Below, piece by piece: positions 27,262 to 36,974 of a stretch of DNA of 64,000 nt (its first letter is position 1; each line of letters begins with the position of its first letter). The stretch lies in sequence record KY555144.1, one strand, 5' to 3'. A model generated the notes under the pieces. The model was not told the origin of the DNA and did no database searches. It worked only from the letters and a program-made list of their open reading frames with translations. The position numbers were made by a program, and so were the translations under genes.

Positions 27262-28319
27262 TGACCGACGTCTACGCCCCCGATCTCTGCATCTACCATG
27301 GCAACTGCGCCGACGGGTTCACCGCCGCCTGGGCGGTCTACCGCCGTTTCGAGGGCGCGGTGCAGTTCCTGCCCGGCGTCTACGGCCGCCAGATCAGCGA
27401 CGACGTCGTGCTGGGCCGCCACGTCCTGCTGGTCGACTTCTCCTTCAAGAAGGAGGAGTTGAAGCGCATCGCCCAGATCGCCGCCTCGGTGACCATCATC
27501 GACCACCACAAGTCGGCGGCCGAGGACCTCAAGGACTTCATCGTCTCCGAGGCGCTGATGGACCTGACCCCGGCCGAATACGCCGAACTCTGCCATTTCG
27601 CCGGGCGCCTGCCGATCCGCGCTCTGTTCGACATGGATCGCTCGGGCGCGGGCATGACCTGGGACTTCTTCCACCGCGACACCCCGCGCATGAAGATCAT
27701 CGACTATGTCGAGGACCGCGACCTGTGGCGCTTCGACCAGGAAGGCTCGCGCGAGGTCTCGGCCTACATCTTCGCCCATGACTACCGCTTCGACAACTGG
27801 GACGCCCTGGCCGGCGAGATCGAGATCGACCTCCCGACGGTGATCGCCGCCGGCGCGGCGATCGAGAAGAAGCACCACAAGGACATCGGCGAGCTTCTGC
27901 GCCAGACCCAGCGCGAGATGATCATCGGCGGCTACCGCGTGCCGGTCGCCAACATGCCCTACACCCTGGCCAGCGACGCGGCCAACAAGATGGCCTCCAC
28001 CCCGCGCGCCGACGGCACCCTGCCGGCCTTCGCCGCCTGCTACTTCGACAACAACGCCGGCAAGCGGGCCTTCTCGCTGCGGGCGATCGACGGCGGCGCC
28101 GACGTCTCGCAGATCGCCAGTCAGTACGGCGGCGGCGGGCACGCCAAGGCCGCCGGCTTCTCGGCCGACCAGGGCTGGGAGGGCGAGGGCGACGAGGCCT
28201 ATGACGCGTGGCTGAAGACCAGGGTCGCCGCCAGCATCGCCGAACTGGAAGCCGGCAAGGGCATCCCCGGCGAACTGGTCGAGGCCGAGTTCGCCAAGCG
28301 CCGGGCGGGGACGGCGTGA
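27261..28319 (+). CDS. DHH/DHHA1 phosphoesterase with extra C-terminal helix
   Basis: YHGNCADG, LVDFS, IIDHHKSA, EDRDLW, GGGGHAKAAGF. Confidence 0.9.
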   Translation: MTDVYAPDLCIYHGNCADGFTAAWAVYRRFEGAVQFLPGVYGRQISDDVVLGRHVLLVDFSFKKEELKRIAQIAASVTIIDHHKSAAEDLKDFIVSEALMDLTPAEYAELCHFAGRLPIRALFDMDRSGAGMTWDFFHRDTPRMKIIDYVEDRDLWRFDQEGSREVSAYIFAHDYRFDNWDALAGEIEIDLPTVIAAGAAIEKKHHKDIGELLRQTQREMIIGGYRVPVANMPYTLASDAANKMASTPRADGTLPAFAACYFDNNAGKRAFSLRAIDGGADVSQIASQYGGGGHAKAAGFSADQGWEGEGDEAYDAWLKTRVAASIAELEAGKGIPGELVEAEFAKRRAGTA

Positions 28320-28492
28320 CCGAGACCCGCACCCGGATCGCCAAGGCCGTCCACACCCTCGTCAAGGTGCTGACCGCGCCCGACGTCCCGGACGAACTGA
28401 CCAAGAAGCTCGTCCTCGCCGATATCAAACGCGCCCGCTGGGAACTCCAGGAGATCGAGCGCATCTGCCAACAGGAGATCGCCGGTGGCTGA
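28316..28492 (+). CDS. Hypothetical protein
   Basis: GTGA overlap. Confidence 0.65.
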   Translation: MTETRTRIAKAVHTLVKVLTAPDVPDELTKKLVLADIKRARWELQEIERICQQEIAGG

Positions 28493-28961
28493 TCTGACGA
28501 TCAATCTCGACGCCCTGCCGGCTCCGCCCGAGCCGCCGGCCTACGATTTCCGGGACGATCACAACCTCGTCCCCCGCGCCCGGATAATCGCCGACGGCCT
28601 CCTGGCCGGCCGCCACATCCTCCACGGCGACGAGCACACCCTGGCGCGCGCCGTGATCGTGCTGCTGGAGGAGCGGGAGAAGAAGGCCAATTCGCCCTGC
28701 ACCTTGATCGTCGTCGAGGGCGTGGTCGAGCGCGATCGGCTGCAAAATCTGCTCGATCCGACCACCAAGGCCTTCCATGTCATCACCCCGATGCAGCGCG
28801 GCGAGGCCACGCGGGGCCGGCGCTATGCGGCGATCTTCGTCCGCTATCCCTCGGCCGCGTGGTTCGACGCCAAGAACGTCGAGACCCACCAGTTCCAGGC
28901 CTGGGAACGCGAGCACCTCTTTCCCCGCCTCCTCAAGGGCGGTCACTTCCAGCACATCTAG
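28485..28961 (+). CDS. Hypothetical protein
   Basis: AGGAG RBS. Confidence 0.75.
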   Translation: MADLTINLDALPAPPEPPAYDFRDDHNLVPRARIIADGLLAGRHILHGDEHTLARAVIVLLEEREKKANSPCTLIVVEGVVERDRLQNLLDPTTKAFHVITPMQRGEATRGRRYAAIFVRYPSAAWFDAKNVETHQFQAWEREHLFPRLLKGGHFQHI

Positions 28962-28967
28962 GACCCC

Positions 28968-29132
28968 ATGCAACAGCCCGAAACCATCACCGTCGACGTC
29001 CAGCCGGCCGAAGTCCCCGCGCCCAAGCCGCGCCCGCGCGCCAAGGTCCACGAGCCCCAGCGGTTCAACACCTTCAAGGCCGCCCTGTTCGGCACCACGT
29101 CCCTGATCCAGATCACCCGCTACGCCGGATGA
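28968..29132 (+). CDS. Small hypothetical protein (54 aa)
   Basis: AGGA RBS; ATGA overlap with next gene. Confidence 0.65.
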   Translation: MQQPETITVDVQPAEVPAPKPRPRAKVHEPQRFNTFKAALFGTTSLIQITRYAG

Positions 29133-29398
29133 ACCCCTCCCGCCGCCGCGCGATGCTGGCCCAGATCGAGACCTGCAAGCAGTCGAGCTTGGTCGTCGAG
29201 GAGGCGACCAAGCACTGGCGGCGCGATTATGAGGCCTATCACCACGTGATGGTCTCCGGGCAGGTGGGGCGCTATTCCGAGGAGGCCCTGAAGGCGCTTA
29301 CCCTTCAAGCCTCCGCCACCTACGAGGCGCTCTTGGACGCGCTCCGTGTACACGCCAATAACCTCGAACGCCTGCGTTCGCTGCGAGGCCATTTCTGA
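29129..29398 (+). CDS. Hypothetical protein
   Basis: ATGA and TGATG coupling on both sides. Confidence 0.65.
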   Translation: MNPSRRRAMLAQIETCKQSSLVVEEATKHWRRDYEAYHHVMVSGQVGRYSEEALKALTLQASATYEALLDALRVHANNLERLRSLRGHF

Positions 29399-29838
29399 TG
29401 CGCTACTACCTCGACACCGAGTTCAACGGCTTTGGCGGGGAACTGATCTCCCTGGCCCTGGTTCGCGAGGACGGCAAATGGCTGTACCTCGTCTATGAGA
29501 CGCCCAAGGTGATTGATCCGTGGGTCGCCGAGAACGTGATCCCGATCATTCACCTACCGGGCCTGCTGCCGATCCACGTCTCCCACGAGGCGGGCGCGGA
29601 ATTTCTCGCCCAGTTCCTGGCGGGCGACGACGCGGTCGAGATCATCACCGACTGGCCTGACGACATCCGCTATTTCTGTCAGGCGATCATCGCCGGACCC
29701 GGCATGCTCTCGCCTATGGTCCCGAATCTGAAGTTTTCCATGGTGCGGACCGACGCCTACCCGACCACCCTGCCGGGCGCGGTGCAGCACAATGCCGTCT
29801 GGGATGCGCGCGCCCTGCGCCACCTCATGCTCTCGTGA
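29398..29838 (+). CDS. DEDDh 3'-5' exonuclease
   Basis: YLDTEF...DWPDD...HNAVWDA. Confidence 0.85.
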   Translation: MRYYLDTEFNGFGGELISLALVREDGKWLYLVYETPKVIDPWVAENVIPIIHLPGLLPIHVSHEAGAEFLAQFLAGDDAVEIITDWPDDIRYFCQAIIAGPGMLSPMVPNLKFSMVRTDAYPTTLPGAVQHNAVWDARALRHLMLS

Positions 29839-30368
29839 GGCCCACGGCTCGGCGCCGGCGCAAGAAGCCGGCGCGCAACTTCCGGATGATGGCGGCGACC
29901 TCGACCACGAGCGTCGCCACCCACCGCACCTATCCGGGCAAGCTGATCGCCCCGGCGCCGGGCCACTGCCGCTGGTGTACTGGCCCCATCCTCAAACCGG
30001 ACGGCTCGATCAACCGCCGCAAGACCTTCTGCTCGCAGGTCTGCGTCTCCCACTACCTACTGCGCGCCGATCCCGCCGAGATGCGCCGCCACGTCTTCTT
30101 CCGCGACCAGGGAGTCTGCGCCGCTTGTAAAAAGAGATGGCTCTACCTTGACGATAGTGGCTGGCAGGCCGACCACATCGAGCCCCTCTTCCTGGCCTTC
30201 GGGGACCTCGCCTACTGGGAGCCGGAGAACGTCCAGGTCCTCTGCACCGACCCCTGCCACAAGCAGAAATCGGCCGACGACATGCGCAAATACGGCTTCG
30301 TCCTGAAGCTGACTCGCGAGCGCAAGCAGCCCGAAAAGCGGCGGCGGTTAGCCGAAAGACTATCTTGA
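29835..30368 (+). CDS. HNH endonuclease
   Basis: CAAC...DHIEP...ENVQVLC...CHKQKS plus N-terminal Zn knuckle. Confidence 0.85.
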   Translation: MRPTARRRRKKPARNFRMMAATSTTSVATHRTYPGKLIAPAPGHCRWCTGPILKPDGSINRRKTFCSQVCVSHYLLRADPAEMRRHVFFRDQGVCAACKKRWLYLDDSGWQADHIEPLFLAFGDLAYWEPENVQVLCTDPCHKQKSADDMRKYGFVLKLTRERKQPEKRRRLAERLS

Positions 30369-30382
30369 GTCAAGCGCGATCT

Positions 30383-30421
30383 GTCGTGAATCTTGACATT
30401 CGGCGAATTTTTTGCTAGGTT
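30383..30421 (+). promoter_or_regulatory. GTCGTGAATC-TTGACA-N15-GCTAGGTT promoter (capsid operon)
   Basis: Matches Caulobacter sigma73-type -35/-10. Confidence 0.85.
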
Positions 30422-30526
30422 CCCCAGCATCCCGATAGAGGTTGGCACATCCCGACGCCGCCAGCCGTCTCGCAACGCGACGGGTCGTCGCCCATACCAC
30501 GGGGTCCGTGGGTAGAGAGAAACTGT

Positions 30527-31318
30527 ATGCCTGTTCTGTCCTACGATACGCTCGACATGGTCCCCGAGGGCCTGCGCGAGTTCGCGAAGCAAGTCGACGG
30601 CAGCGAGAAGTTCCAAGTGAACGTCGTCAGCGCCGCGAAGATCGACGAGTTCCGCGACAACAACATCAAGATTTCGAAGGAGCGTGACGCGCTCCTGGAG
30701 AAGGTGGCCCGGCTGGAGCCGATCGTCGGAGAAGACCCGGACGCCTTCAGCGCCAAGCTGACGGAACTGCAAGCGATCGCCCAGCGCGTCGCCGACGGTG
30801 ACCTGAAGGAAGGCCGCGCCCTCGAAGAAGCGCTCCAGAAGCGCACCGAGGAGATGCGGAAGCAGTACGACGACCGTCTCCAGCAGACGGGCAAGGAACG
30901 GGCCGCGTGGCAGTCCAAGCACGATGAACTGGAGCGCCGGTTCAAGCAGTCGCTGGTCAGCAACGCGATCACCGCCGCCGCGATGGCGCAGGGCTCGGGT
31001 ATCGACCCGACCGCGATCACCGAGGTGGTTCGCTCGGGCCTGGACGTGTTCAAGGCCGACGATCAGGGCCGTCTGACCCCCTATGTGGGCGACGCTCCGC
31101 TCTACGGCGCCGACGGTGTCACGCCGATGACGCCGAAGGAATGGCTGCAAAAGCTGAAGGAGGAGAAGCCGTTCTTCTTCCTCAACAGCAGCGGCGGCGG
31201 GGCCGGCGGAGACAAGACCAAGACGGTTCACGGCGTCACGCCGGAGCGTCTGAAGGGCATGTCGGCGGCCGAGCGTCTGGCCATCGCCAATGGCGAGAAG
31301 TCGGCGCGGCTGCGCTAA
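30527..31318 (+). CDS. Probable capsid scaffolding protein
   Basis: Coiled coil, directly before MCP; Gly-rich linker and C-terminal helix. Confidence 0.75.
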   Translation: MPVLSYDTLDMVPEGLREFAKQVDGSEKFQVNVVSAAKIDEFRDNNIKISKERDALLEKVARLEPIVGEDPDAFSAKLTELQAIAQRVADGDLKEGRALEEALQKRTEEMRKQYDDRLQQTGKERAAWQSKHDELERRFKQSLVSNAITAAAMAQGSGIDPTAITEVVRSGLDVFKADDQGRLTPYVGDAPLYGADGVTPMTPKEWLQKLKEEKPFFFLNSSGGGAGGDKTKTVHGVTPERLKGMSAAERLAIANGEKSARLR

Positions 31319-31342
31319 GTCACGAAACCCTGGTTTCGTGAT
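31319..31342. promoter_or_regulatory. GTCA-N16-TGA palindromic site
   Basis: TAA-GTCACGA-N10-TCGTGAT. Confidence 0.55.
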
Positions 31343-31458
31343 CTGATCTAGGCCCCTCGGGGCGGAGTTGCCGGGCTCTCTTGCAAAAGCCCGGACCGAT
31401 TTCGCCCGCATGGGCCAGAGCTTGAGCGCCGATCCTGGCGATCGCTCGAACAAGTCAA

Positions 31459-31482
31459 GTCATGAAACCCTAGTTTCGTGAC
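31459..31482. promoter_or_regulatory. GTCA-N16-TGAC palindromic site
   Basis: GTCATGA-N10-TCGTGAC upstream of MCP. Confidence 0.55.
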
Positions 31483-31581
31483 AAGAGAATTCCCTCGGTG
31501 ACGGCCGGTCGACCGAGGGGCAGACCGAGACGGGGTCCGTCTCTCAACCAGACCGGTGCGAACACCAAGAGGAGCAAGCCA

Positions 31582-32517
31582 ATGGCTGCTGTGACCCTGC
31601 TGCAAGCGTCCGAAATGGCGCTCGGCAACGACGAAGTCAAGCGCGCCGCGATCATCGAACTTTTCGCGACGCCCGACATCCTGCGCGTGATCCCGTTCCT
31701 GGACATCCAGGGCGGCGCGTACACCTACCTGCAAGAAGGCCAGCTCTCGGGCGTCGCCTTCCGGGGTATCAACGAGTCCTACGACACGTCGACCGGCGTG
31801 ATCAACCCGCAAGTCGAGCGCCTGCGCATCGTCGGCGGTGACCTGGACGTCGACAAGTCCCTGCTGAAGACCCACGGCGCCAACGTGCGTTCGCAGCAGG
31901 AGCGCATGAAGGTCAAGGCCCTGAGCCTGTACCTCGCCGGCAAGATCATCAACGGCGACTCGGAAGCCGACCCCCGCGAGTTCGACGGTCTGCGCAAGCG
32001 CATCACCGGTTCGCAACTGTTCCCGGCCGGCGCGACCGCTGGCGGTGACGCCCTGTCGCTGGCCGTCCTGGACGAAGCCATCGACGCGGTCGACGGCGCC
32101 ACGCACCTGATCATGTCGAAGCGCATGCGTAACCTGCTCGCGCAGTCGGCCAACAACCCCAACGTCACCGGCTACGTGACCTGGGACAAGGACGAGTTCG
32201 GCATGCGCGTGATGCGCTACGCTGACCTGCCGATCCTGGTCACCGACTACGACGACAAGAACCAGCAGGTCATCGACTTCAACGAAGCCTGCCCTGGCGG
32301 CGGCTCGGCGGTCGGCACCTCGATCTACGTCGTCAACATCGGCGACGAAGGCGTGGTCGGCCTCCAGAACGGCGTCATGGAGATCGAAGACCTCGGCGAG
32401 ATCGACGCCAAGCCGGTTCTGCGCACCCGCGTTGAATGGCTGGTCTCGCTGGCCGTCCTGAGCGGTCGCTCCGCCGCTCGCGTCTGGGGCATCAAGAAGG
32501 CCGCCGTCACCCGCTAA
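31582..32517 (+). CDS. Major capsid protein
   Basis: AGGAG RBS; HK97-type MCP pattern (FRGINESY, NGDSEADPREFDGL); highly biased codons. Confidence 0.92.
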   Translation: MAAVTLLQASEMALGNDEVKRAAIIELFATPDILRVIPFLDIQGGAYTYLQEGQLSGVAFRGINESYDTSTGVINPQVERLRIVGGDLDVDKSLLKTHGANVRSQQERMKVKALSLYLAGKIINGDSEADPREFDGLRKRITGSQLFPAGATAGGDALSLAVLDEAIDAVDGATHLIMSKRMRNLLAQSANNPNVTGYVTWDKDEFGMRVMRYADLPILVTDYDDKNQQVIDFNEACPGGGSAVGTSIYVVNIGDEGVVGLQNGVMEIEDLGEIDAKPVLRTRVEWLVSLAVLSGRSAARVWGIKKAAVTR

Positions 32518-32594
32518 GGGTGATGGCTCAGGGGGCTCCTAGCCCCCTGACCTTCCTGGTCCTCTCCACCCCCATCTAAGCAGGAAATCCCCAG

Positions 32595-33041
32595 ATGGAA
32601 TCCAAGATTCGTCACCAGTACGACGCGCTCCTGGCGCTTCAGCCGGTCGGCACCGCTGCGGTGACCGCCGACGGCTCGTCGGTCAACGCCGTCGACATCT
32701 ACCGCATCGCCAACGGTCGCGGCGACGTCGCCGGCCGTTACGGCATCGGCTCGTTCGACATCGTGTTCTACTTCAAGGCGGCCACCACCGGCGGCGCGAC
32801 CCCGGAGACGTACACGATCAACGTCGTGACCACCGACGCCGCTGACGCCAACCCCGTGGTGCAGGAGACCTTCACGGTCGAAAGCAACATGATCGGCGAC
32901 CCCTACGTCCTGGCCTTCCACCCGGCTTCGCTGAAGCTGAAGGACGCCGACGCGGCCAAGGTGAAGCTGACCATCGACGTGGCCGGCACCGCGCCGTCGC
33001 TCGACTTCTACGCCTTCGTGGCCCCGCACTCGCACCAGTAA
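32595..33041 (+). CDS. Minor capsid/decoration protein
   Basis: Follows MCP; beta-rich 148 aa; strong codon bias. Confidence 0.7.
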   Translation: MESKIRHQYDALLALQPVGTAAVTADGSSVNAVDIYRIANGRGDVAGRYGIGSFDIVFYFKAATTGGATPETYTINVVTTDAADANPVVQETFTVESNMIGDPYVLAFHPASLKLKDADAAKVKLTIDVAGTAPSLDFYAFVAPHSHQ

Positions 33042-33076
33042 TGGGCGAGCCGGGTTCCCGGCGTTCGGTCAAAGTC

Positions 33077-33109
33077 AACCCCCGGACCCTGGTCCGGGGG
33101 TTTTCTTTT
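33077..33109 (+). terminator. Intrinsic terminator
   Basis: AACCCCGGACC-CT-GGTCCGGGGGTT then T-tract. Confidence 0.75.
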
Positions 33110-33129
33110 GGGCGATACGGCCCAGAAAT

Positions 33130-33145
33130 GTCGTGAATCTTGACA
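33130..33145 (+). promoter_or_regulatory. GTCGTGAATC-TTGACA promoter
   Basis: Exact motif. Confidence 0.75.
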
Positions 33146-33232
33146 CAAGGGCCGTTTCATGCCAGAAGTCAAGTCTCTTTTGAGCGCGGCATAGAAGGGC
33201 CGTGCCGGTCTCCCCCGAAACGGAAAATCCCC

Positions 33233-33619
33233 ATGAGCAACAAGAACCTCGTGCCCGTCTACTCGCCGGAAGGCAAGAAGGAACTGCACACCCGCCTGAA
33301 CGCCTACGACCTCGTCAATGGCGCCGGCTGGACCTGGAAGCCGGGCATCGAGACCACGCCGGCCGCGATCCCGCCCTACCGCGCTCCGGCCGTCGGCGCT
33401 GAACCGGCCCAAGCCGTGCTGGATCGCGCCGGTCACCGCAACGATCGCACCCTGACCGAAGTGGTCGGCGACGAAGCCGAGGCCGACGCTGATCTGGACG
33501 TCGCCGAGGACGAAGTCGTCGAGGACGCCGCTGACGAGGCTCCGGTCGCCGAAGAAGCCCCCGCCGCCCCTGCCGCCCCGGCGGCGCGCGGTCGTGGCCG
33601 TAAGCCCACGGCGGCCTAA
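33233..33619 (+). CDS. Acidic protein with RGRGRK tail
   Basis: ATG 33233; resembles the 47371 gene. Confidence 0.75.
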   Translation: MSNKNLVPVYSPEGKKELHTRLNAYDLVNGAGWTWKPGIETTPAAIPPYRAPAVGAEPAQAVLDRAGHRNDRTLTEVVGDEAEADADLDVAEDEVVEDAADEAPVAEEAPAAPAAPAARGRGRKPTAA

Positions 33620-33622
33620 GCC

Positions 33623-33904
33623 ATGGTGGAACTCGGCTACTTCAGCAAGACCTGGGTCGTGGACGTCACCTCGACCTCCGACGTCTTCCCCAACCCCGGC
33701 AACGGGCAGACCTTCATGCTGCGCGCCGACCGCAAGATTCACCTCGCGCGGTCGGTGGACAACAACGCCGAGGCCACCACGGGCGACTGCCTCCTCCTGG
33801 CCGACGAGCCCGCCAGCTTCGCTATGGAAGTCGGCGGCTCGATCGCCTTCATCCTGGCCGCCGGCGAGACCGACGGCAAAATCTTCATCACCCAGGTGAA
33901 CTAA
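33623..33904 (+). CDS. Hypothetical virion-associated protein
   Basis: In structural operon. Confidence 0.7.
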   Translation: MVELGYFSKTWVVDVTSTSDVFPNPGNGQTFMLRADRKIHLARSVDNNAEATTGDCLLLADEPASFAMEVGGSIAFILAAGETDGKIFITQVN

Positions 33905-33907
33905 GCC

Positions 33908-34300
33908 GTGGCGAACCAGTCCTACAAGCTGCACGACGTGATCATCGCCTACGTCAAGGCCAGCAACCCGGAACTCGGGCTGCTGACCGCCGCCCCGAAC
34001 CCGGACGGCACCGGCGTAGTCGAGCCCAACAGCGTCTTTGGCTACGGACGTCAACCCATCGCGTTTGGCACGACCGTGCGCATGACCGGCGTCGACGCCG
34101 GCAAGTCCTCGATCTCCAACACCGTGCCGATCGTCTTCGGCCCGACCGTCACCGAAGGCTGGCCGACGGTCACCCACTGGGGCGTGTTCGACGAGAACGG
34201 CGACCTGCTCGACTACGGCCCGCTGCCGGCGACCCGCACCCTGCCGGTCGGCGACTCGATCTCGTTCGGTGTGGGGGCGGTGCAACTCCGCTACGCCTAA
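33908..34300 (+). CDS. Virion structural/fibre-associated protein
   Basis: GYGRQPI...WPTVTHWGVFD...GDLL pattern of small siphophage fibre-base proteins. Confidence 0.7.
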   Translation: MANQSYKLHDVIIAYVKASNPELGLLTAAPNPDGTGVVEPNSVFGYGRQPIAFGTTVRMTGVDAGKSSISNTVPIVFGPTVTEGWPTVTHWGVFDENGDLLDYGPLPATRTLPVGDSISFGVGAVQLRYA

Positions 34301-34303
34301 GTC

Positions 34304-36247
34304 ATGGCCCGCGTCTGGACCGCACGCGCTGGCGCCCTGGTCCGCTCCGAAGCGGTCCTGGTCTCCAATCTCCAGCAGGCGACCGAGTTCGTCGGCGAGA
34401 TCGCGTTCGACGCCACCCTCAAGCCGTATTCGGGGCAGTCCTCCGCCATCGTCGCCGAGTTCGGCCTCGATGGCGACTCGGTCTGGTGGCCGGGCTATCC
34501 GGTCGCGTTCGATCCGCCGTTCCTGATCATCGGCGAGTTCGGACTGAGCCTGTCGAAGGGCGCCTCGTCGATCTTCCCGTTCGAGTTCGATCGGGGCATC
34601 GACGACAAGACCTCCCTGGTCCAGGCCCTGAACGACGCCGGCTACACGGGCGGCGGGGGCGGCACGCCCTTCGACGACAGCTTCGACATCGTCCTGAGCG
34701 ACGGTGACGAGGATGTCTCGCAAGGCGCCCTGGACCTCACCGGCCTGTCGGTCGGCGAGTCGATCGTCAATCTCGACGTCCTGCTCGGCAAGCTCATCCC
34801 GCCGATGCCGCCGGCCTTCCCGAACGGCACGCTGTCGATCAGCAACACCGCCGGCAACGACCCGCGACTGGCGAGCGGCTTCACCGACAATATCGGCTCG
34901 GGCCTGACGGCGGGGACCTCGGTCACCCGCATCACCGCCGCCGGCGTTTCGACCTTCGCCTTCAACGACGTCGGTCCGGGCAATGACGGCGTCCTCCAGG
35001 CCCTGCTCAACGGCGCGGTCGCCGCCACCCGCACCCTGACTGGCGCCGACGAGGGCAACTATTCGGGTCTGGTGATCGCCGACCAGAAGGACTACCCGAC
35101 CGACCGGCCGGGCTTCTGGAAGTCGATGGACGTCAGCCTCAACCTCCTGGCGGTCCCGGTCGGGGTCGACAAGATCAGGCTCAACCATACGGCGGCGGGC
35201 CAGACCAACGAGGTGGTGTTCATCCGCGACACCCTGACGGCGGTCCCGACTGTGAGCGCCGGCAGCGTCGTCCAGGAAAACGCCGGCACCCTGGCCTATT
35301 CGTCGGGCGTGCCCCATTATGGCACCGGCGCGACCCTGACGGTGGGCCTGTCGTTCAACAACCTCGCAGGGGAGACCTATTACGGCGGCACGGACCCGGT
35401 GACGATCTCCGGCTCCAATTCGATCATGTCGAACAAGACGCTGAGCTACGGCGCGATCGGGTTCACCACGCCATTCGCGCGCAACACCACCGCCGCCCAG
35501 GCGATCACCCCGCAGTCGGTCGCCATCGACGGCACCAACGTCCACACCTCGGGCGTGATCCAGGGCACGGCGCGCAACGTCAACGGGGCTTCGGCCACGG
35601 TGACCCTGTCCTCGACGGTGATCCTGGTCAAGCGCGGAACGGCGACCGGCAAGCTCGACGAGCTTTCGATCCCGGTTTCGGGCATGGGCTCGACGCCCAA
35701 CGGCCTCAACGCCACCCGCGTCGGACTGGGCGCGGGCGACACCCCGGCCGGCACGCCTCAGTCCTGGGACCAGACTGCCGCCCTGGCGACCCACGAAGCC
35801 GCCTGCGTGGCCGGGATCATCGGGCACAACACGACCAACTACGCCACCGGCTACCTCCCGCAGGGACCCAATCTCTCGGTGGGCCGGACCGGGGCGCAGT
35901 ACATCACCCTGTCGTTCAAGCGCGCCGCGCGCTCGACCTTCCGGATCGCGCTTTCTGGCTCCTACGCCGGCTGCTGGATCAAGCTGCCCGGCGTGTCGAC
36001 CGCCCAGCCCAACGCCCCGAACGGCTGGTGGAACGCGTTCCAGGCCTATGACGGCGCCGGCATCCCCGGCGAGGCGGGCGATCCGAACGCCGGCTGCGCC
36101 CTCGGGGCGGTCATGAACGGCGCCTCGGGCACGTTCCAGATCACCTTCGGTACGGAGTCCTCGACCAACGCGACCAACAACGAAATCCTGGTCCGCCTGA
36201 AGTTCAACTCCGGGCAGACGCTCACCGCGCTGTCGTTCACGAACTAA
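34304..36247 (+). CDS. Virion structural protein (beta-rich, T/G/S/N-rich)
   Basis: 647 aa in structural operon. Confidence 0.8.
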   Translation: MARVWTARAGALVRSEAVLVSNLQQATEFVGEIAFDATLKPYSGQSSAIVAEFGLDGDSVWWPGYPVAFDPPFLIIGEFGLSLSKGASSIFPFEFDRGIDDKTSLVQALNDAGYTGGGGGTPFDDSFDIVLSDGDEDVSQGALDLTGLSVGESIVNLDVLLGKLIPPMPPAFPNGTLSISNTAGNDPRLASGFTDNIGSGLTAGTSVTRITAAGVSTFAFNDVGPGNDGVLQALLNGAVAATRTLTGADEGNYSGLVIADQKDYPTDRPGFWKSMDVSLNLLAVPVGVDKIRLNHTAAGQTNEVVFIRDTLTAVPTVSAGSVVQENAGTLAYSSGVPHYGTGATLTVGLSFNNLAGETYYGGTDPVTISGSNSIMSNKTLSYGAIGFTTPFARNTTAAQAITPQSVAIDGTNVHTSGVIQGTARNVNGASATVTLSSTVILVKRGTATGKLDELSIPVSGMGSTPNGLNATRVGLGAGDTPAGTPQSWDQTAALATHEAACVAGIIGHNTTNYATGYLPQGPNLSVGRTGAQYITLSFKRAARSTFRIALSGSYAGCWIKLPGVSTAQPNAPNGWWNAFQAYDGAGIPGEAGDPNAGCALGAVMNGASGTFQITFGTESSTNATNNEILVRLKFNSGQTLTALSFTN

Positions 36248-36256
36248 GGGACGGCC

Positions 36257-36955
36257 ATGGCGATCAACAGCACTGAACTCGTCGACCGGCTGATCAAGCT
36301 GGTCGCCTTCGGGGTCACCAAGACCGGCAAGGCGTCCGACAAGTCCGGCTCGAACGAATCGATCCCTTCCCCGACCGTGGTGTTCCCCGAGAACATCTGG
36401 AACGAGAAGGGCCTGCTCCCGGCCCTGCCGCCGGCCGCTGACACGCCTCAGGTCAAGGTCTATTCGGGCGCCACGCGCATCCGGGCGACCGCCGACCCGA
36501 CCGCCCAGCCCAACGAGACGTGGCTGGCGACCTCGACCTTCGGGACGCCGTCGACGCGGCTGACCAACTTCATCGCGCCCTCGGTGGGCGGCTCGGGCTA
36601 CGCGGCCCGCGTCTTCATCGGGGACCCCAACACCGGCCCGGCGGCCCGTATCTTCCCCGACACCACGGGCGAGGAATGGACCTTCGACTATATCGCCGGC
36701 GTCCTCAACTTCCCGACCGCCGTGCCGGGCTCCAAGACCGCCACGATCGGCACGGGGTCCGTCAGCATCGCGACCAACGGCATCTATCTCGAACTCTACC
36801 GCTACATCGGGGCCACCGGCGGCGGCGGAGGCGGGGTCGACCCCGGCAGTCTCGGCACCATGGCCTACCAGGACGCCGACGCAGTCGACATCACCGGAGG
36901 CGACATCAGCAACGTCGTCTTCACCAACGTCACCATCGACGGTGGAACCTTCTAA
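36257..36955 (+). CDS. Virion structural/fibre protein
   Basis: C-terminal LGTMAYQDADAVDITGG fibre-type motif. Confidence 0.75.
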   Translation: MAINSTELVDRLIKLVAFGVTKTGKASDKSGSNESIPSPTVVFPENIWNEKGLLPALPPAADTPQVKVYSGATRIRATADPTAQPNETWLATSTFGTPSTRLTNFIAPSVGGSGYAARVFIGDPNTGPAARIFPDTTGEEWTFDYIAGVLNFPTAVPGSKTATIGTGSVSIATNGIYLELYRYIGATGGGGGGVDPGSLGTMAYQDADAVDITGGDISNVVFTNVTIDGGTF

Positions 36956-36974
36956 CCCCCAGGAGCCCTGAACC

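Noticed and set aside
25800-28142. 780-aa minus-strand ORF
   Set aside because: Shadow of the HD and DHH genes
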